Shown here: piece by piece, positions 51,324 to 61,795 of the stretch
How the letters are laid out: every line of letters begins with the position of its first letter
Position numbering within the stretch: the stretch's first letter is position 1
Virus record (IMG/VR): IMGVR_UViG_651053023_000001
Span: 1-64,000 of that record
DNA length: 64,000 bases
DNA from: a virus
Taxonomy: Duplodnaviria; Heunggongvirae; Uroviricota; Caudoviricetes
Strand: one strand, 5' to 3'
The notes under the pieces: model-generated
Seen by the model: the letters and a program-made list of their open reading frames with translations, nothing else
Told to the model about the DNA's origin: nothing
The model's database searches: none
Program-made: the position numbers and the translations under genes

Positions 51324-51905
51324 TTACTGGAACGCCCGAACAATATCGGAGCTGTTATATATCGAAGAACCGGTCAACTGGAGGTTGACGGTGTTTTTCA
51401 GGAAATGCCCATTGCTGTCCCTGGGCGCATCGAGATCGAAACTTATGTCCTGGATAGCGACATCAATGATGTTGATCCGGCGACCAATGTTTAGCGTCAC
51501 ACGCTCCGGGATTCGACCACCAATGCTGGCATCTTTAAGTTCCGGGCTAATCATCGCTGACAATGCGGCGATAGCTCCTGAAACCTCCGTGAATGGGTCA
51601 AACAAAGCGATGAAAGTTACTGGCAGCGTGAAAGTCGGCGGTGTTCCCCCCTCCCAAACCATTAAGCTGTTCCAACGGGCCACCGACGTTGTTTCAGTAC
51701 CAACCTGCGCAAAACCACTGAAAGCACCAGCAACAGACCCCATGGACATACCGGTAAACGGCGCTTCCCAATTCTGGGCCATGTTCATTGCTGCCCCCTG
51801 GCTGATATATCCGGTAACCTGGTACTGAGAGTTCGTTAAAGTAACTTTCAGAAATGGCGATACACCGTCAGCCTGGCTGTAAACCCCATAAGGTATAGGT
51901 GCCAT
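51324..51905 (-). CDS. putative tail tube protein (by size and position next to sheath)
   Basis: 193-aa ORF downstream of the sheath-like gene. Confidence 0.45.
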   Translation of the reverse strand: MAPIPYGVYSQADGVSPFLKVTLTNSQYQVTGYISQGAAMNMAQNWEAPFTGMSMGSVAGAFSGFAQVGTETTSVARWNSLMVWEGGTPPTFTLPVTFIALFDPFTEVSGAIAALSAMISPELKDASIGGRIPERVTLNIGRRINIIDVAIQDISFDLDAPRDSNGHFLKNTVNLQLTGSSIYNSSDIVRAFQ

Positions 51906-51940
51906 TCAAGTTAAAGGCCGGAGTTCTCCGGCCTCCTCCT

Positions 51941-52756
51941 TTAGCCAAGGCGCTTACGGCGCAGTTTCATTGACTTTTTGCGGGCAAGTTTTGCCGCGCC
52001 GGTCTGGGCTTTTCGACGCGCTTTTTTCAGCGCCGATTTTTGAGCCGCAGTCAGACGTTTTTTACGCAGGCGTTTACGGATGAGTTTGATCTCACCATTA
52101 CGAACAACCTTCTTAAATGCTTCAGTCAGCATTTCATCAGAAGTGCCAGCAACAACAAACGCCGCTTCCAGTTCGTCGCGGTCGTCGCTATCTAAACCAG
52201 CGATAGAGGCACCAACATCAGCAGCTGCGTCGTCGTCTTCATCGTCAGCCAGTGCTTCGATCAGGTCATCATCTACACCGCATGCTGCGAGGAAGTCAGC
52301 AACATTTGCCCATGCTTCGTTATAGGCATCGTCCTGTTCTTCTGTAACTTCGGAGTCGTCGTCATCAGAGATACCAGCGATAGCCTGAACGAAACCATCA
52401 AGGGAGTCGAAAGTCAGATCACCGCTATCAGCCCAGGCGAAAACGGCGTCGGCCGCATCACTCAACGCATTCTGCATAGCACTTCGATTTGCAGCTTCCA
52501 GAATCATCTGGTGCGCCTGTTCGACGGTCCATTCTTTACCGTCTTTCCCTTCCAGGATTTGCTCAGGAGCCGGGGCAGATGGAACGTTATCGTTAGTCTG
52601 TGCCGCCGGTTCCGGATTATTATTAATAACCGGATCTGTTGGCGGTTCAGCGCTTGCTCGGGCAGACTCCATCAGCTGCACAGGATCAGAGTTCAAAGCG
52701 AAACGGGACAGTCCATTCCCCAAAAATGCCCCGGATTGAAAAAAGTTTTTGCTCAT
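51941..52756 (-). CDS. acidic hypothetical protein
   Basis: 271-aa ORF with strongly acidic central region and basic C-terminus. Confidence 0.45.
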   Translation of the reverse strand: MSKNFFQSGAFLGNGLSRFALNSDPVQLMESARASAEPPTDPVINNNPEPAAQTNDNVPSAPAPEQILEGKDGKEWTVEQAHQMILEAANRSAMQNALSDAADAVFAWADSGDLTFDSLDGFVQAIAGISDDDDSEVTEEQDDAYNEAWANVADFLAACGVDDDLIEALADDEDDDAAADVGASIAGLDSDDRDELEAAFVVAGTSDEMLTEAFKKVVRNGEIKLIRKRLRKKRLTAAQKSALKKARRKAQTGAAKLARKKSMKLRRKRLG

Positions 52757-52765
52757 TGTATTTCC

Positions 52766-54355
52766 TTACTTAATAAGCAGCGGTACGCCCTGGATACGAC
52801 GGGCTACGCCAGTCGGGCAGCAGGCCCAGACTACTTCCCATTTATCGAATTCCGCCTGCGTAACTTTCAGCACATACGGTTCTGTACCGTCAGCATCAGG
52901 ATCACGAGGAGCCACCAGAGCGCCGGAGGCGACAAAGCGATCCAAAAGTTTGGTCATCCCTTTAGTCAGGCCAGACTCAGTAATGCCGTCCGGGTTATGC
53001 TTCATCTGTCGGGCTAACTGGACAAAGAAACGGCTGATTGCATTCATCAGGGATGGGACGTGCTGGAAATGCAGATAGTTGTCCTGCGTGCAGCAAGTTA
53101 AAGCATCATCGATGATCATCTGGCCCGAAGTACCTACAGATACTTTATTGAGTCGGCCCTTGACCATAGCTTCTTCGTCCGGGGTGTCTTCCGGATACAG
53201 CGGTTGAAGTGATGCACGAGCAATGACGGCACGTTCTTCACCAGCCGGTGAGTAATGCCAACCGCCGACATCGGAGTTTTTCTTGACGCCACGAGCTTTC
53301 GCCGCATACGCCGCGCCAGACAGACCGAAGACCACGCGGGATTGGGTCCATTTGTCTTTGCAGGAGAACGGGAAATGATAGACAGCACAGCTTACATAAT
53401 CGGTACCAAGTAAACCGGTATCTTCAACAGCAGAGATCGCTTCCGTGTACGTCAATGTCGGTTTGACATCAAAGAAGCCATCAATCAGGCGATCTGCACA
53501 GATTTTACCTAATGCGGTGATAGCCGCATTGTCATAGCAGCCCAAGCCAAGAACAGCGGTGTACATGTACGGCGCATTATTCAGCACTTTAACCGCACGC
53601 AGGTACGCAGCGGTTGAGATTTTCGACTGATCGCCGTTGGTACCGCCAGTGAACGCCAACGATTTTTTGTTTGTTACTTTCGCTGTCGAAATCAGCTCTT
53701 CATTAACAACCGCGCGCAGATATTTAGAACGGGCTTCCAGAGCCGTAGGCAGATAACACAAGCGGCCCATGTCATCTTTCGCTTCTTCCGCCAAAGACAC
53801 AGTGTGTGTCTCCAGGGTCGTTACCACGCCGAGCGAAGTCGTCTGGGTCAGTTTTAAGAGGAAGCGTTCATTACCCGCGCTGTCCGCTGTTGCCGTTTCG
53901 ATGGTTAACTCACGGGTAGGTGAAATACACGGATCACCATCATCAACGTAGATAGCAAAGGCTTCGCCGCTATCAAGTTCAATTTCAGAACCGTATGGCA
54001 ACGCACTGTTAGCCGGTTCGCCTGATTCATCGAACATAATAATCGGGAACTTCGCATCATCCGGAACAGCACGGACAACATAACCAGACGTTTGCTGAAT
54101 AGCTTCGTACACATGGCGAATTGGTTCAAACTGTGAGCCGGAAGACGGCTTCAGCGGTTCGCCAAGAACATCTTCGTAATTGGACTCAGTAACCGCAAGA
54201 ACAGTAAACGGCTTGCCACGCGCAAATACGCCAATACCAGCCCACAAGCTGCTATTTAATGCAACACCGGTAGATAACGTCGCATCGGCATTGATCGGGC
54301 TAACCGCGACGCCGGATGCATTACCTAATGACTGTTGAATTGAATATTGAGACAT
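52766..54355 (-). CDS. putative contractile tail sheath protein
   Basis: 529 aa; AGGGAAAG ribosome-binding site; size and position match the P1 sheath gene upstream of the major head gene. Confidence 0.55.
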   Translation of the reverse strand: MSQYSIQQSLGNASGVAVSPINADATLSTGVALNSSLWAGIGVFARGKPFTVLAVTESNYEDVLGEPLKPSSGSQFEPIRHVYEAIQQTSGYVVRAVPDDAKFPIIMFDESGEPANSALPYGSEIELDSGEAFAIYVDDGDPCISPTRELTIETATADSAGNERFLLKLTQTTSLGVVTTLETHTVSLAEEAKDDMGRLCYLPTALEARSKYLRAVVNEELISTAKVTNKKSLAFTGGTNGDQSKISTAAYLRAVKVLNNAPYMYTAVLGLGCYDNAAITALGKICADRLIDGFFDVKPTLTYTEAISAVEDTGLLGTDYVSCAVYHFPFSCKDKWTQSRVVFGLSGAAYAAKARGVKKNSDVGGWHYSPAGEERAVIARASLQPLYPEDTPDEEAMVKGRLNKVSVGTSGQMIIDDALTCCTQDNYLHFQHVPSLMNAISRFFVQLARQMKHNPDGITESGLTKGMTKLLDRFVASGALVAPRDPDADGTEPYVLKVTQAEFDKWEVVWACCPTGVARRIQGVPLLIK

Positions 54356-54415
54356 AACTTTCCCTGTTATGCGCCCCGCACGGGGGCGCTATGTTAAACG
54401 GAGAACTTCCCCTGA

Positions 54416-56122
54416 TTACTCAGAGTCACCGGCATCAATCGTGTCGCCGCTAATGAAGTTAAGCCCGCCTTTTTTGGCCATTGTCAGCGTTACACGAGTG
54501 AAGTAATCAGCGCCGTTGCGTGGGTGCATATCGTTGATAGCCGAACCCCACAGTGTGGTACGGTTGACCAGCGCCGGAGTGGTCGGATGCTGGAACGGGA
54601 TAGCCGGGACAGCATCACCAGTCACGAAGCCTGCTTTACCCGGATTTTCATCACGGACGTAGCACAGCACATCCATCGAGCTGAACTGAATGTTCTCTGT
54701 CGTTAAGTTCTTACAAATACCAGCAGGTACTTCGTACACTTTCACGTTACCGAACAGGGTACCGATGTAGTGAACATACGGAGTCTGGATATAGTCTTCG
54801 GCTGGCTGGAAGAAATCCTTCGGCAACTGTTTGAAGAAAGATGCTGCATCAGCACCAGCAAACATCCCCATCGCACCAGAAGATTTAACGCGCTCAATAA
54901 TGTCGCGATATACAGTCTGGAATTTGCCACGAATGATGGTTGCCCATACACCAAAGGACTGGTTAACCGGCAGAGCGATGTCAAAGGTGTCGGTCGCAAG
55001 AGTACGCCAGATCATGATGCGAAGACGCAGCATATCCTGTTCATGAGACAGGTATTCCTTCAGGGTGCGGAACTGTAGGGAACCCAGGTCCAGACCAAAT
55101 TCACGCTGTGCTTCATACGCTGCCTGTACCGTGTGCTCAGCCGCGATAACGAACTGACTTGGGAACAGGGTGTATTTCTTCATTTCGTGGTTGATCAGCG
55201 GGATCAGCTCAGGAGCGGCTTCAATATTGATTTCCGTCTCAATTGCGATCTCAGTGCCTTTATCCGGCGCTTTGGAGAACGACAGGGCAATCTGACCAAT
55301 GTTGTAGTTCAGAGAGCAGGTAACAGTGATTTGCTCACCAGCAGCATTAGTAAACGAGTGAAGTAGGCTGCCGGAACCGTTATCAACAACAGACTTAATA
55401 CGGTTAACGTAGATGTTAGTGCGACCTTTTCGGATTGGTACATTCTGGCCTTCGAAGTCTTCCATCTTGAAGGTTGCGGTTTTGCTAGTGCCATCGGAGC
55501 TTGCCACCAGCACATAGCGGCGACGTAACTGGCTGTACACACCGACGGATTGCATGTCCAGAACATCACCAGCAGCATAAGAACCAAAAGAGGAACCTGC
55601 CACGTTAAAGACTTCATAGATGTCGGACTGGTCACGCGTAACCGGAATGAAGGTACACGCATCAGCGGTAGCTGCCCCCAACTGAACAGGCAGGATCATC
55701 GCGAGGAATAAAGGCAGACGCATAACACCGTCAGAAACGCTCATCATCTCTGCTGCGACGGATTCCAGCATCGCTTTATTAGTGGCATCCATGCTATTGC
55801 GGGTGGACTCTATCAGGCAGTTTTCCAGCGTCTGGTGGCAGGAGGCCAGAATTTCCGGACGCGGCATAGATTTATGTGCTGCGGCGTAGTCAGCCAGTGC
55901 ACTTGCCCACGCTGTAGCGATTTGAGCGGTGGCATTATCAGAGATACCCGCAAAAACCGGGTCTTTACGTGCAGCTTCAAGGATAGATGCGGCACGCGCG
56001 GCATCATCTTTAATGAATTGGTTATCAGTACCGAACTGCGCAGTGCTTGCCCAGCCAAGCACAGCTTTAGAGCGTTTTGCGATATCTGCAATACGATTCT
56101 GGTATTCGCGTAAGTTACTCAA
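54416..56122 (-). CDS. putative major head (capsid) protein
   Basis: Start placed at TTG 56122 with AAGGAAGAG upstream (track ORF starts 56143); adjacent to parS as P1 gene 23 is. Confidence 0.5.
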   Translation of the reverse strand: MSNLREYQNRIADIAKRSKAVLGWASTAQFGTDNQFIKDDAARAASILEAARKDPVFAGISDNATAQIATAWASALADYAAAHKSMPRPEILASCHQTLENCLIESTRNSMDATNKAMLESVAAEMMSVSDGVMRLPLFLAMILPVQLGAATADACTFIPVTRDQSDIYEVFNVAGSSFGSYAAGDVLDMQSVGVYSQLRRRYVLVASSDGTSKTATFKMEDFEGQNVPIRKGRTNIYVNRIKSVVDNGSGSLLHSFTNAAGEQITVTCSLNYNIGQIALSFSKAPDKGTEIAIETEINIEAAPELIPLINHEMKKYTLFPSQFVIAAEHTVQAAYEAQREFGLDLGSLQFRTLKEYLSHEQDMLRLRIMIWRTLATDTFDIALPVNQSFGVWATIIRGKFQTVYRDIIERVKSSGAMGMFAGADAASFFKQLPKDFFQPAEDYIQTPYVHYIGTLFGNVKVYEVPAGICKNLTTENIQFSSMDVLCYVRDENPGKAGFVTGDAVPAIPFQHPTTPALVNRTTLWGSAINDMHPRNGADYFTRVTLTMAKKGGLNFISGDTIDAGDSE

Positions 56123-56254
56123 TTTACTCTTCCTTAAACACAAGGCACTTGTGTGAATCCCTTTTCGGAAGAGATTTTATTGAAAGTCACTTGTTGACTT
56201 TCTCGTGACAAGCAAATTTTTATTTTTTTCGGGAGGAGGGGAGGAAGGTAAAAT

Positions 56255-56345
56255 CCAAGGTGAAATCGTGGCGATTTCACCTTGAAATTTTAGAGCAATT
56301 TACTTTAAAAACAGTCAGTTAATAGTGAAATTTGAATGGCGAAAG
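56255..56345. other. parS: parS partition site
   Basis: Immediately downstream of parB; inverted ATTTCAC heptamers flanking a TCGCCA-type hexamer (GTGAAATCGTGGCGATTTCAC) plus an AT-rich putative IHF region. Confidence 0.65.
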
Positions 56346-56346
56346 T

Positions 56347-57348
56347 TTAAGGCTTCGGCTTTTTATCGAGGCTCTTTCTAAGGATATGCCCAATCATCCT
56401 GTCGAGTTCTTCCTGTAACTCTTTTGAGAGTCGATTAAACTCATAAGAAAATGCACGGCCTTTCACGCGCTTCCTTGCAAAGCGATCCTTGTCCTCAAAT
56501 TTCCATAATTCAGTAACTACGGACTTATCTTTAGAACCTTTATCCGTGAGTAGTGAGGCTTCCTTTGTTATCAAGCGCAGGATTTTATTTTTAACTTCAT
56601 CTTCGGCCATTTCTTCAATGGATAAGATGTCGTTTATTTCCGGGGATATGTTTTGAATAAGCTGATCAAACTCTAAATTCTTGTTCCCCATTTCGTCGCC
56701 AACAGCACAAAGCGTTTTGTAGTCCGAAAAGGTTAATTCCGACTGCACAGGGAAAAGGGCGACTAATTCTTCCGGAGCACTCGCTGCCTGGAGAGCACGC
56801 GTGACCTTCGCCTGAGACAGCCCTTCTTTGGCTGCAATATCCTTCTGACTCATCCCATCATTTTTCATTCGCATCAAACGCAGACCTATTTCTCGAATGC
56901 TGTGCTGCAATGCTGTCTGAACGTCTTTCGCTAAATTTTGCGCTTCCTGAACGCTGATCTCCTGGTCCGTGACTAAAACCCGCAATCCTACGTTCTCTAA
57001 GATGGCAGAAGCTCGACGCCGGGAACCATCCAAAATTTCAATTTTCCCTGTAGCCCGTCTAACACCTATTGCAGGGTAAAATTGCTGATGCTTAATAGTG
57101 CTTCGGATACTTTTTAATGATTTTGGCGTAAGAGATGCCTGGTCACGCCCGTTGTTATGCTGATCAACAAAGGTATCGCTTTCTACCTGGTTCGGAGGAA
57201 TTACCTCCTCGATAAATGTGGCCTGGCGACCAGTAGATAACTTGAATACCTGCTCGACTCGATCGCCAGAGGCTGAAGAACTATCAAATCCGCTTAATAT
57301 TGAAGGATTAAGGGTTCGCCCAATTGTTGGTCTGTTTTTCTTTGACAT
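56347..57348 (-). CDS. parB: ParB partition protein
   Basis: 333-aa ORF MSKKNRPTIGRTLNPSILSGFDSS... recognised as P1 ParB; downstream of parA. Confidence 0.93.
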   Translation of the reverse strand: MSKKNRPTIGRTLNPSILSGFDSSSASGDRVEQVFKLSTGRQATFIEEVIPPNQVESDTFVDQHNNGRDQASLTPKSLKSIRSTIKHQQFYPAIGVRRATGKIEILDGSRRRASAILENVGLRVLVTDQEISVQEAQNLAKDVQTALQHSIREIGLRLMRMKNDGMSQKDIAAKEGLSQAKVTRALQAASAPEELVALFPVQSELTFSDYKTLCAVGDEMGNKNLEFDQLIQNISPEINDILSIEEMAEDEVKNKILRLITKEASLLTDKGSKDKSVVTELWKFEDKDRFARKRVKGRAFSYEFNRLSKELQEELDRMIGHILRKSLDKKPKP

Positions 57349-57364
57349 GGGGGTTTCTTACTCC

Positions 57365-58561
57365 TCAGTTAGATCTGATAAATTCAATACGGTCAAAAAC
57401 TGCTTTAGCAAAATCTTCCGCGGCAATTCGCGCGTTCTTCAATGCATCAGCACTACCAACATACGTTGCCGGGTTAGCTGAAATAACAGTGTCAAAAGAC
57501 TCGCCGCAACGTTCAAAACCGTCAAGGCGAGGGAGGACGACATCGAGCATATCCCCACCGAACACTTCTTTAGCCAAGCTATGGCAATACTTATGATCTG
57601 CCTTGTTACTCAACTTGGACATAAAACCAATGTTAGTCGCAAGCTGGCACTCGCAGCCTTCATCAGAAATGAGTTTCACCAACTCAGGAAGGCGGGCAAC
57701 GTATTTAAGCGATGAGTGGAAATCGACAGTTGCTGGCGGCAGAGGTGTAAACAGTATATTGGCCGAGGCCAAAGCATTTTTCAGGAAGGCGTCAAGGTGA
57801 GGACCACTATCAACGAGGATAAAGTCATAATCGCTCTTCAGCTTATCAATCACATTTTCTTTCAGGACTGCATGGATGTTCTGACCCGGTAGATGCTCAT
57901 TGCACAGCTCTCTCCAATCGGATGCAATAAAGGCATCGTCAATCGACGCAGGCATAACGTCAACCCCAGGTACAACAGAAGGAACAATAAACTCCTCTAA
58001 CAGCTCTTCACGGCTTACATTCTGCAACATAGCCTGTGCAGATGTTGCGTTTACGATACCAATAGAGTGTTTATGGCTTAAAAACATCGTTGCTGAAGAT
58101 TGCGGATCAAGGTCAATAACCAGAATTCTTAAATCTTCCATCAGAAGATGAGGGTGGGCACGCATTGCATGCGCCAGAGAAACCGTCGATACAGTTTTTG
58201 ACACACCGCCTTTAAGATTGGAGATGAAAATCACATACGCTTCGCTGTAGCGATCCCGGTATTTTGGCACTCCGCGATGTTCATATATGTCAATGATGTT
58301 CTGAATTGACATCGCATATTTCATTGAAGAGCCAGCAGGGCGTTTATCGAAAACATAACCCTTTTCTTCCATTTCACTTACGGCATAGTCAACGTTCGCT
58401 CGAGTCAGTAGAGGCAATTTTGCCAGTGCCGCTTTCGCATAGACCTGGTAAAACTCGTTCGCGTGTAGCTCATCCTTTTGCAACTGTACTTGTTCAGTCA
58501 GAACATTGAGCATTCTGTTTGCTCTTTGAGCAACCTTGTGAAGCTGGCTGGAATCACTCAT
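57365..58561 (-). CDS. parA: ParA partition ATPase
   Basis: 398-aa ORF with deviant Walker A NLKGGVSKT; N-terminus MSDSSQLHKVAQRANRMLNVLTEQ... recognised as P1 ParA. Confidence 0.95.
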   Translation of the reverse strand: MSDSSQLHKVAQRANRMLNVLTEQVQLQKDELHANEFYQVYAKAALAKLPLLTRANVDYAVSEMEEKGYVFDKRPAGSSMKYAMSIQNIIDIYEHRGVPKYRDRYSEAYVIFISNLKGGVSKTVSTVSLAHAMRAHPHLLMEDLRILVIDLDPQSSATMFLSHKHSIGIVNATSAQAMLQNVSREELLEEFIVPSVVPGVDVMPASIDDAFIASDWRELCNEHLPGQNIHAVLKENVIDKLKSDYDFILVDSGPHLDAFLKNALASANILFTPLPPATVDFHSSLKYVARLPELVKLISDEGCECQLATNIGFMSKLSNKADHKYCHSLAKEVFGGDMLDVVLPRLDGFERCGESFDTVISANPATYVGSADALKNARIAAEDFAKAVFDRIEFIRSN

Positions 58562-58834
58562 CGAAAGTCATCCTTTATGCTGTATTTTTGAATTTAATTA
58601 AAAATGCTGCATAAAATAATAATGTATGCGTAGATGCTTGTACATAGCGTTCTCTGCATGTTTACTCCTTTGCCAAGTGTGTCACAACATGCTTTGGCAT
58701 CCTCCACGCATAAACGAAGCGGATTTCTTCTACGTTCAGGTTGTAGCCTGAATCATTTTGGTGATTTCCTGCTTCAACGGGCAGCAAGGCTTCACTCTCT
58801 ATCAACTAGTGAGAACGGCTTGCCCGGCAGCATC

Positions 58835-59120
58835 GATGTGTGCTGGAGGGAGAATAAAAGTCTAAGATGTGCGATAGAGGGAAGTCGCATTGAATTATGT
58901 GCTGTGGAGGGATCGCTGGTATCAAATATGTGTGCTGGAGGGAAAGGCAGATAATTACATGTGCACTGGAGGGAAAAACGGATGGACAGATGTGTGCTGG
59001 AGGGAAAGTCTGGGCAAACTGCGGGGCGTCCCCCTCCAGCGCACATCAAAAACGGGAAATTAGACAAGCCTTCCCGGCAGCACACATTTTTTTAATGCAG
59101 CTGCCCTCCAGCACACACTT
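58835..59120. repeat. incA iteron array (about nine ~19-bp RepA-binding repeats)
   Basis: Repeats of GATGTGTGCTGGAGGGAAA and variants in both orientations, downstream of repA. Confidence 0.85.
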
Positions 59121-59979
59121 ATTCGGGGAGTTTCAGCTTTGGATTGCGAGAATGGACGATTACAAAACTTTCCCGGCCTTTCTTCTCAATTGAACAGTCG
59201 AGATAGCCGATTGTTTTAAGCTGTTCTATCGCTTTCTTAATGATACGGTTTTGCTCGCCAACAGCCGACTGCAAAGCCAGGCGCTCACGGATTCGCGCGA
59301 ACGATAGCGGCAACGGGTTCTGCGGAAGGCTTTCGATAAAAGTGTAAATGGCTTGTGCTGCTTCTTTCTTCGGAAGGGCACGCAAGGCGTGGTGCTGCAA
59401 CAGGACGCGATAATCAAGCTGGAACAGCTCCCACAGCTTCGAGTCGGCTTCCAGCTCGATCAGATCGAGGTCAGCATCGAAACGTCCGACCTTCAACAGA
59501 CCAGTCTGGTAGCCACCTTTAGCATCTTTACCACGCTTAAAAGCGATACCCTTGTTACGCAAGCGCCCAAGTGATTCATGAATGGTTAAACGCAGTTTCG
59601 CATCCAGACGTTTTGAGGGGAAACCACAGGCTTTAGCGAATTCCTGAAACGATAACTGGATGGTGTTTGAGGACAAGCCGTATTTGCTGAACGCGTAGAT
59701 AACACCGATCCACGTTTTGAAATCAGTATCCATATCGAGTCGAGGACCGGTGATTTTAATGTCATCGTAACCTTCTGCTTTAGCTATCTCCAGCTGGGAA
59801 AACGCTTTGGTGGCATCAATCTCTTTACTTTCTCCTTTGCTCTTTGATGGCTTCGGCACGAATACCCCCAAGCGCATCAACGCTACAGGCTGCACAGTGT
59901 TGTTTGAATTAACTGTTAGTTCTTTTGCCTTACTTTCAATGTCTGCGTAAAGAATATCGGAGATAAAAGATTGATTCAT
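59119..59979 (-). CDS. repA: RepA plasmid replication initiator
   Basis: 286-aa ORF MNQSFISDILYADIESKAKELTVNSNN... recognised as P1 RepA; flanked by incC and incA iterons. Confidence 0.95.
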   Translation of the reverse strand: MNQSFISDILYADIESKAKELTVNSNNTVQPVALMRLGVFVPKPSKSKGESKEIDATKAFSQLEIAKAEGYDDIKITGPRLDMDTDFKTWIGVIYAFSKYGLSSNTIQLSFQEFAKACGFPSKRLDAKLRLTIHESLGRLRNKGIAFKRGKDAKGGYQTGLLKVGRFDADLDLIELEADSKLWELFQLDYRVLLQHHALRALPKKEAAQAIYTFIESLPQNPLPLSFARIRERLALQSAVGEQNRIIKKAIEQLKTIGYLDCSIEKKGRESFVIVHSRNPKLKLPE

Positions 59980-60038
59980 ATTACTTTTTCCGAATTGTGT
60001 GGATAGTTTTTATAAGTGGTGATAACTACCCAGGCTTT

Positions 60039-60260
60039 CCCGTCAGCACACATCCTATATCCCGCCAGCACACATTAGCAACCCGTCAGCACACATTTTT
60101 ATCCCTCCAGCACACATCGTTTTCCCTCCAGCACACATCGCGATACACTTCTAAGCCAGACGTGGCGCGGCCTGCAACGATCAGGGATCTATATGGATCT
60201 AATTGGGATCTGTATGGACCTAATTATTGGATCTACCCAGTGGATAATGTGGATAAGTGA
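60039..60260. other. oriR plasmid origin: five incC iterons, GATC cluster, DnaA boxes
   Basis: Five CC(C/T)(G/T)(T/C)CAGCACACAT iterons (60039..60140), four GATC sites (60186..60234), tandem TGGATAA DnaA-box-like sequences (60241..60258). Confidence 0.85.
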
Positions 60261-60296
60261 AAAACCGGCCAACATAGCCGGTTGGAAGGAAGGGTA

Positions 60297-60689
60297 TTAT
60301 TCTACGCTTTCGATAAGAAGACCATGTTCATAACATTTAAGCTCATCGCCTTCGTACAGGAATTGGTATCCAATACCACCATTTTCATGGACATTAGGGA
60401 ATAACTCATAACTCACTGAAGAGCAAATCACACCAATGCAACGCTCAACGCCTTCTCGTTCTTCAGTGCTGAAAAAATCCTCTTCGGTAAGAACATGAGT
60501 ACATTGCTCATCAGCATAGGTCGGAAATACATGCTCGATGCAATCCGGGTGTTTTAAACCAAGCTGATCGGCAAGCTCGAAAGCATGACGGTATTGTTCA
60601 GATCCTGGCTTGCCAACAGTGATGTGCTCAATTTTGTAGATTGAAGTCGCTTTGTTGATAGTTTGCTTTACTGTTACTTTATCAGACAT
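60297..60689 (-). CDS. hypothetical protein downstream of the replicon (upfA position)
   Basis: 130-aa ORF. Confidence 0.5.
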   Translation of the reverse strand: MSDKVTVKQTINKATSIYKIEHITVGKPGSEQYRHAFELADQLGLKHPDCIEHVFPTYADEQCTHVLTEEDFFSTEEREGVERCIGVICSSVSYELFPNVHENGGIGYQFLYEGDELKCYEHGLLIESVE

Positions 60690-60700
60690 AAAAATCCCTT

Positions 60701-61033
60701 TTAGTTACCGCTGATAGCGCGGTTGTAATCATTAACGTTGCGATTCTTCCTGTTAATCCCCATCAGCATCGTTTCTGTATCGAGGATATACGCTGGCAGA
60801 TCATCAAAATATTCACTGCTAAACTCTGGCATCCTGCACATAAATGCACTTTTTGGGGCAGGGTGGTTAACCTTTGTCGGCGTCGGCGTTAAATTCGCTG
60901 ATCGACTCCCGGAGCAACCGCTGAGTGTCAGCAGGAATACGCTGGCGAACATTACCCGCCGCAACAAGTTGTTTCTGAACTTCAGCTTTTCGTTCCATTT
61001 GCCTGTCAGCATACTTGGCTTGTTCTGATTCAT
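60701..61033 (-). CDS. lipoprotein (lipobox LTLSGC) with proline-rich mature N-terminus
   Basis: Signal peptide and lipobox within track ORF; real start probably the internal Met; begins inside the 3' part of the upstream gene in another frame. Confidence 0.5.
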   Translation of the reverse strand: MNQNKPSMLTGKWNEKLKFRNNLLRRVMFASVFLLTLSGCSGSRSANLTPTPTKVNHPAPKSAFMCRMPEFSSEYFDDLPAYILDTETMLMGINRKNRNVNDYNRAISGN

Positions 61034-61316
61034 TTTTCACTTCCTGGCTGTGAAAATGTTGCTCTGCTTTGTTCATCGTCTCAATGGTCTGGTTAAGATC
61101 CATTATTGACTTATCACGTTCCTTAACAGCCTGATCAAGACTGCCAATTTTCTCCATGGCTTGCTTTAGCTGATGACGTTCCCACGCAAACCCAGCACCA
61201 ACAAGTGCGCAAATCAGAACAAGAACACCAGTAGCAGCAAGTTTCTCCTTCAAAGACAAAGCTGTTTTTAACGTAGAAAAGAATGACATGTCTTCCTCCT
61301 GAAGAAAAATTATCAA
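60867..61316 (-). CDS. membrane-anchored coiled-coil protein
   Basis: N-terminal hydrophobic anchor ATGVLVLICALVGAGFAW followed by charged helical region; 3' end overlaps the lipoprotein gene. Confidence 0.5.
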   Translation of the reverse strand: MIIFLQEEDMSFFSTLKTALSLKEKLAATGVLVLICALVGAGFAWERHQLKQAMEKIGSLDQAVKERDKSIMDLNQTIETMNKAEQHFHSQEVKNESEQAKYADRQMERKAEVQKQLVAAGNVRQRIPADTQRLLRESISEFNADADKG

Positions 61317-61328
61317 TGAAGTCCTTTG

Positions 61329-61682
61329 TTACCGTGCCGCTTTGTTTAATTCATCAAGAACAGAATCAGGAACCAAAGCGGCGACTGCGCTGGCTGTGCT
61401 GGCCTTATTTGCTGATGCTTCCGCAAGCGCGGTACCGATAGCATGGTTATAAGCAGTTATGGCTACGTTGGCGCTTTCATTCGCTCGTTCATACTGCTGT
61501 TGTAACGCAGTTGTGAGTGCTGTTGTCTGGTTGAAAACAACCCCAAACTGTTCAGTTGCTACTTTCAGAGATTCAATTTGCTCTTCTGTTAGTGCTGGTG
61601 GGGGAGTGGCAGTGCCGCCGCCTGAACCAGAGCCTGACGAGCTTCCTGAGCCAGTGTTAAGGGTCTGGTTAATCTCCCCCAT
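61329..61682 (-). CDS. hypothetical Gly/Ser-rich protein
   Basis: 117-aa ORF with N-terminal GSGSSSGSGSGGG tract. Confidence 0.45.
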   Translation of the reverse strand: MGEINQTLNTGSGSSSGSGSGGGTATPPPALTEEQIESLKVATEQFGVVFNQTTALTTALQQQYERANESANVAITAYNHAIGTALAEASANKASTASAVAALVPDSVLDELNKAAR

Positions 61683-61795
61683 AGCAGCGACTAAACTTGA
61701 TCGATAGGAATTTAAATCCCCAAAAGACTAAAAAAGCACCACAAAACGGATGTTTCTTCAACACCCCTTGTGCACCATATGAGCGGAAACGACTA

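Noticed and set aside
56290-56310. Possible additional C1 operator (ATTGCTCTAAAATTTC on bottom strand) inside parS
   Set aside because: Several mismatches to the operator consensus, and it lies within the AT-rich IHF region of parS; more likely chance similarity.
58835-60140. Regularly spaced short direct repeats resembling a CRISPR array
   Set aside because: They are the 19-bp RepA-binding iterons of incA and incC flanking repA; wrong repeat length, spacing and orientation for CRISPR, and no cas genes.
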